Of a DNA stretch of 53,738 nt, positions 9,409 to 19,017 are shown in pieces; the first letter of the stretch is position 1; every line of letters begins with the position of its first letter. The position numbers and the translations under genes were made by a program. Source of the DNA: an uncultured Candidatus Saccharibacteria bacterium (GTDB lineage Bacteria; Patescibacteriota; Dojkabacteria; J137; JAEUSD01); assembly GCA_964446595.1 (NCBI GenBank), contig CAYUPY010000004.1:1-53738 (forward strand). The letters are read 5' to 3'. The notes under the pieces are model-generated. The model was not told the DNA's origin. It searched no databases and saw only the letters and a list, made by a program, of their open reading frames with translations.

Positions 9409-10613
9409 TGCGTACGAAATTACTGCTGACAAGATCTCAGATGAAGCATCGGCGCCTTGCCGGGTTTGGGCCAATATTGTTGGTATGGTCAATGGCAGAA
9501 GGGATGCTGATTTTTTATCTGCCATTATTTATAGAATCGCAGTTTAACAGCCTGGCTCTAGTGGGGATGTTCTTAGGTATCAATGCAGTAGCCTCACTAA
9601 TAGCGGATGTATTTTTTGGTTTTTTTGCAGAGGTAAATGATTTTCGTAAGTTTTTCTATTGGTCGTTGGTATTAGAGGTGGTTGTGGCGCTTGTTTTATT
9701 GTTCGGTAGTGGGTGGTTGCCGGTGTTACTATTGGTATTGTCCTGGGGTACTAGGTATGAGCTATTCCTGCGATTTGGAACTACGATCTTTTTGGCCAAG
9801 ACCTCACCTGTAAAAGAGTTGGGTGTCGCGAATGCCATTTATCTTGGCATTCGCGGCTTCGGATTTTTTTTAGGACCAATCATTGGTGACTATTTGTATA
9901 ACGCAAATCCTGACTATGTTGGTTATGCTTTCTTAGTAATGTTGGCAGTAAACGCCATTTGGAGCTTTCTGTTATTTACTTCCATGAAGCTACATCCACG
10001 TAAGATTCCGTATTCTTCACCTTTAGAGGAATGGAAAATTTTAAAACCCAATCTTGGGAAGTTGATTCCATTTGCTTCACTTAGTTTCGGGTTAGCTTCT
10101 GTTGAGTCTATATTTTATATTTTTGGAGCGCTAGAGTTTGCAAGACAAACAGATGTTCCTGGACTAGTTTTAAGTTTAGGTTTATTTATGTTAATTGTAA
10201 TGCCTTATCTGACGAGTTATCTGTTATTACACCAACACAAGTTCAAACGGATAATTAGGGTGTTTGTAATGGTCATTACAGCCGCAATTTTGACTTACAT
10301 TTTGGTGGAAACTACGATTGGTTTTCCTAGCACTTTTGCACTTATGCTTTTAGTCGCAATTATCTTTGGGGCTATTGGGGTGTTGTGGGAATTAAACGAT
10401 GAAATGTTCTTGCGATTTCTGGCTCGCTTAAAAAAATCTGATGAAGACGAGATAGTCTCCACAAATGGTGTGCTAATTAACTTAGGGTATATTGTAGTGG
10501 GTTTAATTGGCGGGGTGGTTTACGAAGGTTTTGGCTTTGCAGCCGTTCTGGGGATGACGTTAGTGTTTTTCTTGACTGGAGCCCTCGTCTTTTTGACGAG
10601 GGCTAAAAGTTAG
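9408..10613 (+). CDS. MFS-type transporter
   Basis: About 12 TM, 401 aa, GFFLGPIIG motif; TAATG stop/start overlap with the Lon-like gene. Confidence 0.8.
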   Translation: MRTKLLLTRSQMKHRRLAGFGPILLVWSMAEGMLIFYLPLFIESQFNSLALVGMFLGINAVASLIADVFFGFFAEVNDFRKFFYWSLVLEVVVALVLLFGSGWLPVLLLVLSWGTRYELFLRFGTTIFLAKTSPVKELGVANAIYLGIRGFGFFLGPIIGDYLYNANPDYVGYAFLVMLAVNAIWSFLLFTSMKLHPRKIPYSSPLEEWKILKPNLGKLIPFASLSFGLASVESIFYIFGALEFARQTDVPGLVLSLGLFMLIVMPYLTSYLLLHQHKFKRIIRVFVMVITAAILTYILVETTIGFPSTFALMLLVAIIFGAIGVLWELNDEMFLRFLARLKKSDEDEIVSTNGVLINLGYIVVGLIGGVVYEGFGFAAVLGMTLVFFLTGALVFLTRAKS

Positions 10614-10626
10614 TCAAGTAAGCTGA

Positions 10627-11214
10627 TTAAGCGGATAGGTTGCTCAGGTATTCCTGATAATCTTTATCTTTCTCCATCACTTCTTCTACGGAGTTACGCA
10701 CAATCTGTGCTTTGTGCATTCGTCTTTCAGTTGAGGCCCATTCTAGATAACGGTCTATTTCTGGAGAGATGATCAAAATAAACTTTGTATCAATCATATC
10801 TTTAGCCTTAGTTAGGCCCTCTTCTAGCAAGCTATCAACGTTTTTATCATTGTAACCTTCGTACAAGAAGTACTTAGATTTATTACCCAGTAGTGGTGGG
10901 GTAGAGATAGTGCCTTTCTTCTTGTCAAACAAGGCAATTACGAACTTACGTTCGCTCAGGCCTCGCGCTATTTCATAACCCTGACGTCGTCCTGGATTTG
11001 TTGCTTCCACAATTACGATGTCAGCTGCTCTCAGTTTCTTCTCAGATTCTTTGAATTTCTCCATGTGGTAGTCCACGTCCTCTGGCTGAGGGTAGGGTTC
11101 GTCTTTATAAGGATCATAAATTGTATGACCAGCCTTTACTAGCTTGTCAATTGCTGCAGTGAAGGTCTTAAAGTCCTCTCTGTCTCTATGTGGGACGGAT
11201 ACGTACATCTTCAT
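10627..11214 (-). CDS. Nucleoside 2-deoxyribosyltransferase/RCL-like domain with C-terminal ribbon-helix-helix
   Basis: ADIVIVEATNPG..QGYEI..K.VIAL; C-terminal KFILIISPEIDRYLEWAS..HKAQIVRNSVE. Confidence 0.7.
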   Translation of the reverse strand: MKMYVSVPHRDREDFKTFTAAIDKLVKAGHTIYDPYKDEPYPQPEDVDYHMEKFKESEKKLRAADIVIVEATNPGRRQGYEIARGLSERKFVIALFDKKKGTISTPPLLGNKSKYFLYEGYNDKNVDSLLEEGLTKAKDMIDTKFILIISPEIDRYLEWASTERRMHKAQIVRNSVEEVMEKDKDYQEYLSNLSA

Positions 11215-11291
11215 ATAATTAAACTTTTAAAAATTGATATATATTGCGTTATATTGTGAACTATATCACGGACATTTAATAAGCCCAAATT

Positions 11292-12698
11292 CTAGGCTTG
11301 CTGAACTAACCTGGCTGCAGTAACAACGGCTCCTTGTCCTGTAATGGTGTTAGAGGTTTTAAATCTTGCTTTCCAGTGATCAGTCACAAAGTTTCCAATT
11401 ATACTAGTAATTTCAGCGGTTTGCAGGTCCTTATTACGGTTTTTTTGAGCCATAATCATAATTCGGGCTGCTGCGTTTTCACTAGTACCGACTGAGCATG
11501 TTGTCGGATCATCATAATTGCCTTGCAGAAACTTGATTTTAAATTTAGTAGGATCCATTTCTTGAATGATCCATTCATTTATATTACGAGAATAAGCTTC
11601 TTCTTTATTAATAATACGTTTTGTTAATTTGGTAGCTCGGTCTAATCTATATACACTACCTGCACCAAAAGATTTAATTAAGTCTGATCCTCCGTACTTA
11701 AACACAAACTTTCTATTTCGAGCACTTAGACCTGCCAACATATCATCCATACTATCGAACTCATAATTAAAAACACTATTAAAAGAGAGCATATGGGAGT
11801 CGTAGAAGCTAGTTGGGAGGAATAGTGATCTGCTTTCATCTGAAAAGTAAGGTTCGGCACGTTCATCAAATGCTAATGCCATCCCTAATTTAGAATCATT
11901 TATTAGATTTAAGCTTGGTTCAAAACTGACAGCCCCATCGAGATAGAGGTGAACTATGTTTTCACCGAAATTTGATTTTAGCAATGTTTCTAGAGTCAGC
12001 TCGCGGCGGAAAACTACTTTAACAGTTTTGCCACTACGGTGATGTATTAGTTTTCCGCCGCGAATCACAAACTCGCTAGAATTAAAGGTATCAGGGGTAG
12101 AAGTGTATACGTTAGTTAATTCATCAACTAGTTTGTCGGACTCTTTAAGATACTTTTTGGTGGTGATGAAAATAGCGCATTCATCATCATTGGTAACGTA
12201 GGAATCAATAGTTTTTTGTATTGATTCTGCGAAGTTCTTATTTATAGGTATTTCGTTGTCAGCAAAAGGTACGATTTGATCAAAAAGTTTAGTAATAAAG
12301 TGCATATGGCCAGCAATTCCCCATCGCAACTGTGCCTCATGGCAGCCAAAAGGAAGGCTGGAAAGGTCCACTCGTATAATCTCACTATGTTGGGTGATGT
12401 TTTTGTTTATTAGTTGCTGATACTCGTAAGTCTTACCAGCTAAGCTTTCTTGGTATAAATTTTTAAACCAAGCCAGTTCAGGATTCTTGTCGGCTTCTAT
12501 CAGAAATAGTCTCTGTTCTTCAAGCCATTGCCAGACATGGGTGGTTTTGCGTTTTATTTCTTCAAGTTGAGGTGGGGTAATATGCAAAGGTTCTGCTGTT
12601 ACCAGTTTGTCATATGTCTCTCCACCGTTGTACAGCAAATTATGCTGATTGTATGCTCTATATAACTCGAGTGCAGTGCTTACAAAGTTCATTATCAA
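11292..12698 (-). CDS. Putative ATP-grasp amide ligase (GSP synthase / circularly permuted ATP-grasp-like)
   Basis: IIRVDL..HEAQ, NDSKLGMAL, FLPT, FVFKYGG..SFGAGSV, WIIQE in the expected order; SD-like AGAGGAG upstream. Confidence 0.5.
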   Translation of the reverse strand: MIMNFVSTALELYRAYNQHNLLYNGGETYDKLVTAEPLHITPPQLEEIKRKTTHVWQWLEEQRLFLIEADKNPELAWFKNLYQESLAGKTYEYQQLINKNITQHSEIIRVDLSSLPFGCHEAQLRWGIAGHMHFITKLFDQIVPFADNEIPINKNFAESIQKTIDSYVTNDDECAIFITTKKYLKESDKLVDELTNVYTSTPDTFNSSEFVIRGGKLIHHRSGKTVKVVFRRELTLETLLKSNFGENIVHLYLDGAVSFEPSLNLINDSKLGMALAFDERAEPYFSDESRSLFLPTSFYDSHMLSFNSVFNYEFDSMDDMLAGLSARNRKFVFKYGGSDLIKSFGAGSVYRLDRATKLTKRIINKEEAYSRNINEWIIQEMDPTKFKIKFLQGNYDDPTTCSVGTSENAAARIMIMAQKNRNKDLQTAEITSIIGNFVTDHWKARFKTSNTITGQGAVVTAARLVQQA

Positions 12699-12871
12699 AT
12701 CTCCTCTGCATTATATACCTAATATTGCGACCGGTCAAACAGCTGGTAGCACGAGGACTAATGCTCAAAATTATAACACGTAGGCTGAATTTCGCGAGCA
12801 AATACTATACTAAAGCGCTTTGAAGAGCTAATACTTAACCATCCCCATCACATTTCCTGTATACTATTCCC

Positions 12872-14107
12872 ATGTTCGGATTTAACCGTCGCGGGCGTAA
12901 AGCTGCCAGCAATAATATTGAAATCGAAGAGGGGAAGACTTACTTAGCACTAGATATTGGTACTGAGTTTATTAAGACTGCGCTCTTCCGCATTGCAGAC
13001 AATGGTATTGAGATAATTGGGTATGATCGCGCGCCACAAAAGCAAAATGCAATGAGGGGCGCGCTAATTATCAACCTTGAAGAAGTGATCGATGTAGTTG
13101 ACGTTAGTGTTGGGCATGCTTTGCACATGGCAGAAGAGATACTAGGTGAGCGGGTACCTGTTCCAGAAGATGTAGTATTGGGCATTGCGGGAGAGCTAGT
13201 AAAAGGAGTCCCGATAGTTGTAAACGTAGAACGTGAGCAGCCTGATGTCAAAATCAACCAGGAAGAAATAGATGATATTGTTGATCAGATCAAGGAACAG
13301 ACTTTCACAAATGCTCGAGAGGAGATTGCCTTAGACACTGGTATTAAAACCTCGCAAATTCAAGAGATTAGTACTAGTGTAAATAGTGTGTACATTGACG
13401 GCATCAAAGTTGATTCCCCACTGGGTTTTAAAGGACAGGATTTAGTTTACCGGGTATTCTCTACATTTGCTCCTAAAATTCATTTAGATTCGATTAAGGA
13501 AGTAGCAGATGCTCTAAACCTAAATATCTTAAGAGTTGTAGTTGAGCCATACTCCCTATCTTTGGCGGTAGAAGGAGCTAGGGACGAGAAGTTTAGTGGA
13601 ATATTCATTGACGTAGGAGGAGGTACCACTGATATTGCCGTGGTAGAGCAAGGCGCTATAGTGGGAACCAAAATGTTTGCCTTTGGCGGGAGAGTTTTTA
13701 CTAAGCGTCTTGAGGAAGATCTAGGTTTGGACTATATCGAGGCGGAGAAGATGAAACGAACCTATAGTAACGGAGGGCTTTCTGAATATGACGCGAAGCG
13801 GGTGAGGCAGGCTTTAGAGAAGGACATGCCAATTTGGTTAGATGGTGTTGAGATTTCTTTAAGTGAGTTTGATGACATTAGTACATTCCCCGGGCAGATT
13901 TACCTTTGCGGGGGAGGTGGATTGTTGCCAGAAATGCAACAAAAACTAATGGCACATCCCTGGCTTCAAGTCCTACCTTTTGGTAAATTTCCGAAAGTAA
14001 ATTATCTCTATCCAAACCAGGTGCAAAATGTAGAAGATATCACCAGAAAGGCTACAACCTTAATGGATGTGCCTCCATTAGCACTGGCAAGGATGGTATT
14101 AGAATAG
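12872..14107 (+). CDS. FtsA-like actin-fold ATPase
   Basis: LALDIGTEFIK, VVEPYS, FIDVGGGTTDIA, AEKMKR, LCGGG. Confidence 0.85.
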   Translation: MFGFNRRGRKAASNNIEIEEGKTYLALDIGTEFIKTALFRIADNGIEIIGYDRAPQKQNAMRGALIINLEEVIDVVDVSVGHALHMAEEILGERVPVPEDVVLGIAGELVKGVPIVVNVEREQPDVKINQEEIDDIVDQIKEQTFTNAREEIALDTGIKTSQIQEISTSVNSVYIDGIKVDSPLGFKGQDLVYRVFSTFAPKIHLDSIKEVADALNLNILRVVVEPYSLSLAVEGARDEKFSGIFIDVGGGTTDIAVVEQGAIVGTKMFAFGGRVFTKRLEEDLGLDYIEAEKMKRTYSNGGLSEYDAKRVRQALEKDMPIWLDGVEISLSEFDDISTFPGQIYLCGGGGLLPEMQQKLMAHPWLQVLPFGKFPKVNYLYPNQVQNVEDITRKATTLMDVPPLALARMVLE

Positions 14108-14126
14108 AAACCTAACTAAATAATTT

Positions 14127-16178
14127 ATGGCAATTGTAACCGCAGAAAAAATTTTTGTTGATGTAAACGACGAAATTAATTTTGTCGTAGAAAAGTTATT
14201 GTCCTCAGAAAACGATAAAGTAATCCTAGTTTGTCCCCATAATGCACTAATAGTCAGCAGTCAAGTAAGCATCAAGATCTTGGTTAAGCAAATGCTTAAA
14301 TCAAAGAAGTTGGCTATTCTAGTAACTGAGGACGCGTATGGTCAACGAGTGGCCGAAGCTGCAGGATTAGTCACGGCTGACAAAGTTAGCCAAATAACAG
14401 CGCAGATGTGGGAGATTGCAGCGGCGCGGAAGGAATCATTGCTTGAGTCACGAGAAGCAGTGAAACAAGAATTGCTGACGCAAAGAGGCCTAATTGAGAA
14501 ACAGACAGAATCGGCTGACGTAGTGTCCGAATTAGTGCTAGAATCTGATACCGCCGAACTTGAAGAAGTAGAAAGCCCAACTCAGTTGGAAGATAATGAT
14601 CAAGAGTTAAAAGGGGCGATTCAGCGTAAGCGGCCTGAGCCCAAGCTAGTAGAGCTAGGGAGTTTAAAGATTATGGCAGGCGGAGACATCTCTACGGTAG
14701 CTGGGACAACAGCAAATATGGCAAAAAATACAGACACCAACCCGAATGAGGCGGACGCCGCAGCAAGACGCGAAATTCAGTTGGCAGACAACAAACTAAA
14801 AGGCGGCTTTACAGGCCGAGATTGGACCAAATACACTGCTGGTTCACAAAAAAAAAGTATCTTAAGCAAGATACCCTTTCTAAATCGTGATAAGGCTTTT
14901 AGAGGCGATATTGATCCTGTGAAGGAAAAACAGAGGAAACGCATTATTCTGGCCACTGTAGTAGGGATTGTAGGTCTTTTATTATTGGTGATGTACTTAA
15001 TCATCTTTTCTTGGGCTAGTGTAGATGTACGTTTGGTTTTAGTTAAAACTGAAGTGCCAATTGAACAGACAATTAACGTTGATACAAATGTGGAAGAAAT
15101 TGATGAAGATAGTGTGACAGTACCTGGAATAGTTTTTCCAGAAAGGTCTGTTACAAATGAGGATGGTGAAACAGAGGCTGCCTATGGAGTAGAACTATCT
15201 GGCTCGCGTACCGCTCAGGCAACTGGAGATGGAGAAAGAGGAGAAAAGGCAGCTGGATTAATTGAGATCTGGAATAAAACGGAAGCTACTATTACTTTGC
15301 CTAAGGGCACTAAGGTGACCGCTGTGAGCAGTGACCTAGTCTATGTATTAGATGAAAGAGTGGAATTACCTGCTGCAGAATCTAACGGTACAGAAGATGA
15401 TCCAGTTGCTGACTATGGAGGCATAGATCTAGAATGGAGGGTGGTAGCTTCTGAATTAGGAGAGGAATATAACATTGAATCAGGCAGCAATGCCGATATG
15501 AGTATCGAGGGTTATAATACTGATCAGCTAATAGGTAAGGCTTTTGAAGAGATATCCGGTGGTACTAAGGAAGAGTTTGTTGCCGTATCTGAAGAAGATT
15601 TTACAAACTTAAGAACAGAAATTCGTAATCAGCTGATTGAGCAAGGGGTGGAAAGACTCAAGAATAATGTTCCAGATGGCTATAGGTTTATTGAAGGTAC
15701 GGAACGCTTCTTCGGCAATGGCGGTACATCCTCACCAGAGGTGGGCGAGGAAGCAGAGGAATTTACAGTTAATCTTGAAGGATTTTTGACCGGCATTGCC
15801 GTAAGTGAAGATGATTTGGGTAGTGCTATACAGTTGTTAATCCTGTCTAATAAAGAAGCAGAAGGAGAAGGTGCTGCTGAAGAAGGTGAGTTTGAGGTTA
15901 CAGGATTAGATAATGCTACTTTCCGTGATGTTAAAAGAAGTGATGATGGTAGAAAGGCTAGTTTTGTGGTCACATCCAGCGGCAATTTGCAGACTGTTTT
16001 AACCGATGAGCAGGTTAAACAAGGCCTTTACAATAAATCAGAAGAACAAGCCCTAGAATTCTTAGCTGAGTTACCATCAGTAGAGAGCTATAGCCTTACG
16101 TATAGTCCAAACTTCGTGCCAACGTTCTTGCGCCGTATGCCTGGCGATCCCAATCGCATCAGCGTAATTATTGAGTAA
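14127..16178 (+). CDS. Single-pass membrane protein with acidic extracellular baseplate-J/gp47-like region
   Basis: Cytoplasmic alpha/beta N-domain, TM at about aa 274-297, KAAGLIEIWN..ITLPKGT..VVASELGEEYNI. Confidence 0.6.
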   Translation: MAIVTAEKIFVDVNDEINFVVEKLLSSENDKVILVCPHNALIVSSQVSIKILVKQMLKSKKLAILVTEDAYGQRVAEAAGLVTADKVSQITAQMWEIAAARKESLLESREAVKQELLTQRGLIEKQTESADVVSELVLESDTAELEEVESPTQLEDNDQELKGAIQRKRPEPKLVELGSLKIMAGGDISTVAGTTANMAKNTDTNPNEADAAARREIQLADNKLKGGFTGRDWTKYTAGSQKKSILSKIPFLNRDKAFRGDIDPVKEKQRKRIILATVVGIVGLLLLVMYLIIFSWASVDVRLVLVKTEVPIEQTINVDTNVEEIDEDSVTVPGIVFPERSVTNEDGETEAAYGVELSGSRTAQATGDGERGEKAAGLIEIWNKTEATITLPKGTKVTAVSSDLVYVLDERVELPAAESNGTEDDPVADYGGIDLEWRVVASELGEEYNIESGSNADMSIEGYNTDQLIGKAFEEISGGTKEEFVAVSEEDFTNLRTEIRNQLIEQGVERLKNNVPDGYRFIEGTERFFGNGGTSSPEVGEEAEEFTVNLEGFLTGIAVSEDDLGSAIQLLILSNKEAEGEGAAEEGEFEVTGLDNATFRDVKRSDDGRKASFVVTSSGNLQTVLTDEQVKQGLYNKSEEQALEFLAELPSVESYSLTYSPNFVPTFLRRMPGDPNRISVIIE

Positions 16179-16185
16179 GATAGTA

Positions 16186-16215
16186 TTGACAGTTTTTTAG
16201 CTTCACTGGTACCAT
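16186..16215 (+). promoter_or_regulatory. groESL promoter
   Basis: TTGACA-18 nt-TACCAT with extended TGn. Confidence 0.65.
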
Positions 16216-16222
16216 TTCAACG

Positions 16223-16249
16223 CTAGCACTTAGCGACTGCCTTTGCTAA
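16223..16249 (+). promoter_or_regulatory. Degenerate CIRCE (HrcA operator)
   Basis: CTAGCACTT-N9-CTTTGCTAA versus consensus TTAGCACTC-N9-GAGTGCTAA, just downstream of the promoter. Confidence 0.65.
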
Positions 16250-16282
16250 ATTTTGAGTTTATTTATTAATCCTTAAACGATT

Positions 16283-16591
16283 ATGGCAAAAAGTAAAGAT
16301 TTGCCCCTTAAGCCTATCGGCGGCGGTATTCTAGTAAAACCTGAAGCGCAAGAAGAAACCACTGCCTCAGGGTTAGTAATCTCTTCTTCAGCAAAAGAAG
16401 AAAAACCACAGAAAGGTACAGTCCTTGCTTTAGGTACTGGAAAGTTAGATAAGGACGGGAAATCACTTCCTTGGAATGTAAAGGAAGGCGATGTTGTGTT
16501 CTTTAAGAAGTACTCACCCGATGAGATAGAAGTCGATGGTGAGAGCTATCTTATTATGGACGAGGCTGATGTTTTAGCAGTCTTTAATTAA
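16283..16591 (+). CDS. groES: Co-chaperonin GroES
   Basis: LKP, TASGLVI, KEKPQKGTVLALGTG, VKEGDVV. Confidence 0.98.
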   Translation: MAKSKDLPLKPIGGGILVKPEAQEETTASGLVISSSAKEEKPQKGTVLALGTGKLDKDGKSLPWNVKEGDVVFFKKYSPDEIEVDGESYLIMDEADVLAVFN

Positions 16592-16637
16592 ACAGAAATT
16601 AAATTTACTTTATTAAATCTTATATTAAAATCTAAAA

Positions 16638-18269
16638 ATGGCCAAAAACGTACTATATGATGAAAAAGCCAGAGCTAAGCTAAAGGCTGGCGTCGATAAA
16701 CTTGCAAATGCCGTACGCGTTACAATGGGTCCTAAGGGAAGAAATGTAGCTATCGGTAAAGAATTTGGAGCTCAAACAATCACTAAAGACGGTGTAACCA
16801 TCGCTAAAGAGATTGAGCTAAGCGACCCAATCGAGAATGTAGGTGCTCAAATCGTAAAAGAAGCTGCTACTAAAACTGTAGACATCGCTGGTGACGGAAC
16901 GACTACAGCAGTAGTGCTGGCGCAAGCAATCATTCAAGCAGGAATGAAAAATGTAACAGCAGGTGCTAATCCAATGGAAATCCGCTCTGGTATTGAAAAA
17001 GGAGTAGCTACACTTGTTGCCAACTTGCGCTCAGCCGCAAAACAAGTAAAAGGAAAAGATGATATTGAAAAAGTCGCCACTATTTCTGCTAATGGTGACA
17101 AAGAAATTGGTGAGGTCTTAGCTAGCATCATGGACAAAGTAGGTCGTGAGGGAGTAGTGACTGTTGAAGAAGGCCGTACATTTGGGCTAGTTGAGAAATA
17201 CGTTGAGGGTATGCAATTTGACAAGGGCTACATTTCTCCATACTTCGCTGCTAAGTCTGAGGACTTGAAGGCAGAAATCGAAGACGTAAACATTATTATC
17301 ACTGACAAAAAGATTTCTGCCGTAAAGGATCTGATGCCTGTGCTAGAACAGCTCGCTTCACAAGGAAAACGTAACGTGGCAATTATTGCTGAAGATGTTG
17401 ACGGTGAAGCATTGTCTACACTTGTGCTGAATTACCTTAAAGGTAACTTAAACGTTGTTGCCGTTAAAGCTCCAGCTTTTGGAGACCGTCGTAAAGCTAT
17501 GTTGCAAGACATTGCAATCCTTACAGGTGGCGCAGTTATTACAGAGGAACTAGGTAAGAGTCTAGAAACTGCAACGATGGACGAATTAGGACATGCCGAT
17601 AAAATTATTGTAACTAAAGACGACACAACAATTGTTGGTGGAGCTGGTTCCGATAAAGAAATAGCTGCTCGAGTTGAGTCCCTAAAGAAAGAAGCTGAAA
17701 ACACAACTTCAGATTATGACAAAGAGAAGCTAATGGAGCGTATTGCTAAGCTTTCTGGAGGAGTAGCTGTTCTAGAGGTAGGAGCTGCAACGGAAGTAGA
17801 AATGAAAGAGCGTAAAGATCGTATCGAAGATGCTCTAGCTGCTACCCGTGCTGCTATTGAGGAAGGTATTGTACCTGGTGGCGGAATCGCACTAATTGAT
17901 GCCATTCCAGCCCTAGACAAGGTAGAAGTGGTGCGTGATGAAGAAATTGGTATTAGGATTCTTAGAGAGGCACTAGAGGAGCCTTTCCGACGCATTATGC
18001 TTAATGCTGGTAAAGAGCCTGCTGCTTGGAGACGTGATGTAGGCAAGGGCAAAGGTTATGATGCTCGTGAAGAAGCTGTAACCGATATGATCTCTGCCGG
18101 AATTATGGATCCTGTAAAAGTGACTCGTTCTGCTCTTGAAAACGCAGCCTCTGTTGCTGCTATGTTAATCACCACTGAAGCAATCGTGGTAGATGAGCCA
18201 AAGGGTGATGATGAAGGTGCTGGCGCCGGCGCCGGTGATATGGGTATGGGTGGAATGGGGATGATGTAG
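16638..18269 (+). CDS. groEL: Chaperonin GroEL
   Basis: [28 protein letters not shown] tail. Confidence 0.99.
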   Translation: MAKNVLYDEKARAKLKAGVDKLANAVRVTMGPKGRNVAIGKEFGAQTITKDGVTIAKEIELSDPIENVGAQIVKEAATKTVDIAGDGTTTAVVLAQAIIQAGMKNVTAGANPMEIRSGIEKGVATLVANLRSAAKQVKGKDDIEKVATISANGDKEIGEVLASIMDKVGREGVVTVEEGRTFGLVEKYVEGMQFDKGYISPYFAAKSEDLKAEIEDVNIIITDKKISAVKDLMPVLEQLASQGKRNVAIIAEDVDGEALSTLVLNYLKGNLNVVAVKAPAFGDRRKAMLQDIAILTGGAVITEELGKSLETATMDELGHADKIIVTKDDTTIVGGAGSDKEIAARVESLKKEAENTTSDYDKEKLMERIAKLSGGVAVLEVGAATEVEMKERKDRIEDALAATRAAIEEGIVPGGGIALIDAIPALDKVEVVRDEEIGIRILREALEEPFRRIMLNAGKEPAAWRRDVGKGKGYDAREEAVTDMISAGIMDPVKVTRSALENAASVAAMLITTEAIVVDEPKGDDEGAGAGAGDMGMGGMGMM

Positions 18270-18299
18270 GTCATCATTCTTTTCCAATGAATGTGTCAA

Positions 18300-18327
18300 A
18301 AAATGACGCCCGCAAGGGCGTCATTTT
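18300..18327. terminator. Bidirectional intrinsic terminator
   Basis: AAAATGACGCCC-GCAA-GGGCGTCATTTT between convergent genes. Confidence 0.9.
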
Positions 18328-18328
18328 G

Positions 18329-18907
18329 TTATTCTTCCCTCAGCCCAACCATTGCTAGTAGTCTTTGTATACCATCATCTTCTAATAAATCCATCTTATC
18401 TATGATTCTGGTTGGATGAATGTAAGTGCTTAGGTAAGTTGGGGTTCCTAGTCCAATGATTGGATTCATGTAACTGAGTTCTTCTATTAAGTGTTGAGTG
18501 ATTATTGCCCCTCCCACATAATTTTTTTCCTGGAAGTGATCATAGTGTCCAAGTGGATCGGTAGTTTCTTCTCTGGCTAGGCTAAGCTCATTAGTAACCA
18601 TGATAAAGTCACTAAGTGAGATCTTGTCCTCAAGCGCTCTTAGTCCGATCATAGAATTTGTATGGCCAATACAAATAAGCCCTTCATAGGCTAGGAGCCT
18701 AATCAGGATTTCAGCTATCTCAGGATCGTCTTCAATTAAGAAATAGCTGCGTCCTTTTAAAAGTTCACCAAATGTGGCATTTAAGGTATCTAGCAGCTCT
18801 GGCCTAAGATATTGAGCTATTACGGGAGGTTGAATGTTGTCTGCAGATTCATATCCACCATCAGTTAATGCTGCTTCTGCCAGCAGGCTGTAATTATCAG
18901 GTCTCAT
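18329..18907 (-). CDS. Hypothetical protein with degenerate receiver (REC)-like domain
   Basis: FLIEDDPEIAEILIRLLAYEG resembles REC beta1-alpha1; no clear phospho-acceptor Asp. Confidence 0.5.
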   Translation of the reverse strand: MRPDNYSLLAEAALTDGGYESADNIQPPVIAQYLRPELLDTLNATFGELLKGRSYFLIEDDPEIAEILIRLLAYEGLICIGHTNSMIGLRALEDKISLSDFIMVTNELSLAREETTDPLGHYDHFQEKNYVGGAIITQHLIEELSYMNPIIGLGTPTYLSTYIHPTRIIDKMDLLEDDGIQRLLAMVGLREE

Positions 18908-19017
18908 AAAGTATTAATAAAAAGTATTGATAGATATTACACATATATAGTGATACTTACCTGAATTTAAATGATAAGCAAATTACTAAAATGATATTCA
19001 TACTGCTAGAATGATAT

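Noticed and set aside
12699-12871. Possible riboswitch upstream of the ATP-grasp-like gene
   Set aside because: Only short hairpins; no recognisable aptamer consensus.
14127-16178. Prophage or contractile injection system suggested by the baseplate-J-like region
   Set aside because: No sheath, tube, spike, capsid or terminase genes; the protein is membrane-anchored among core genes.
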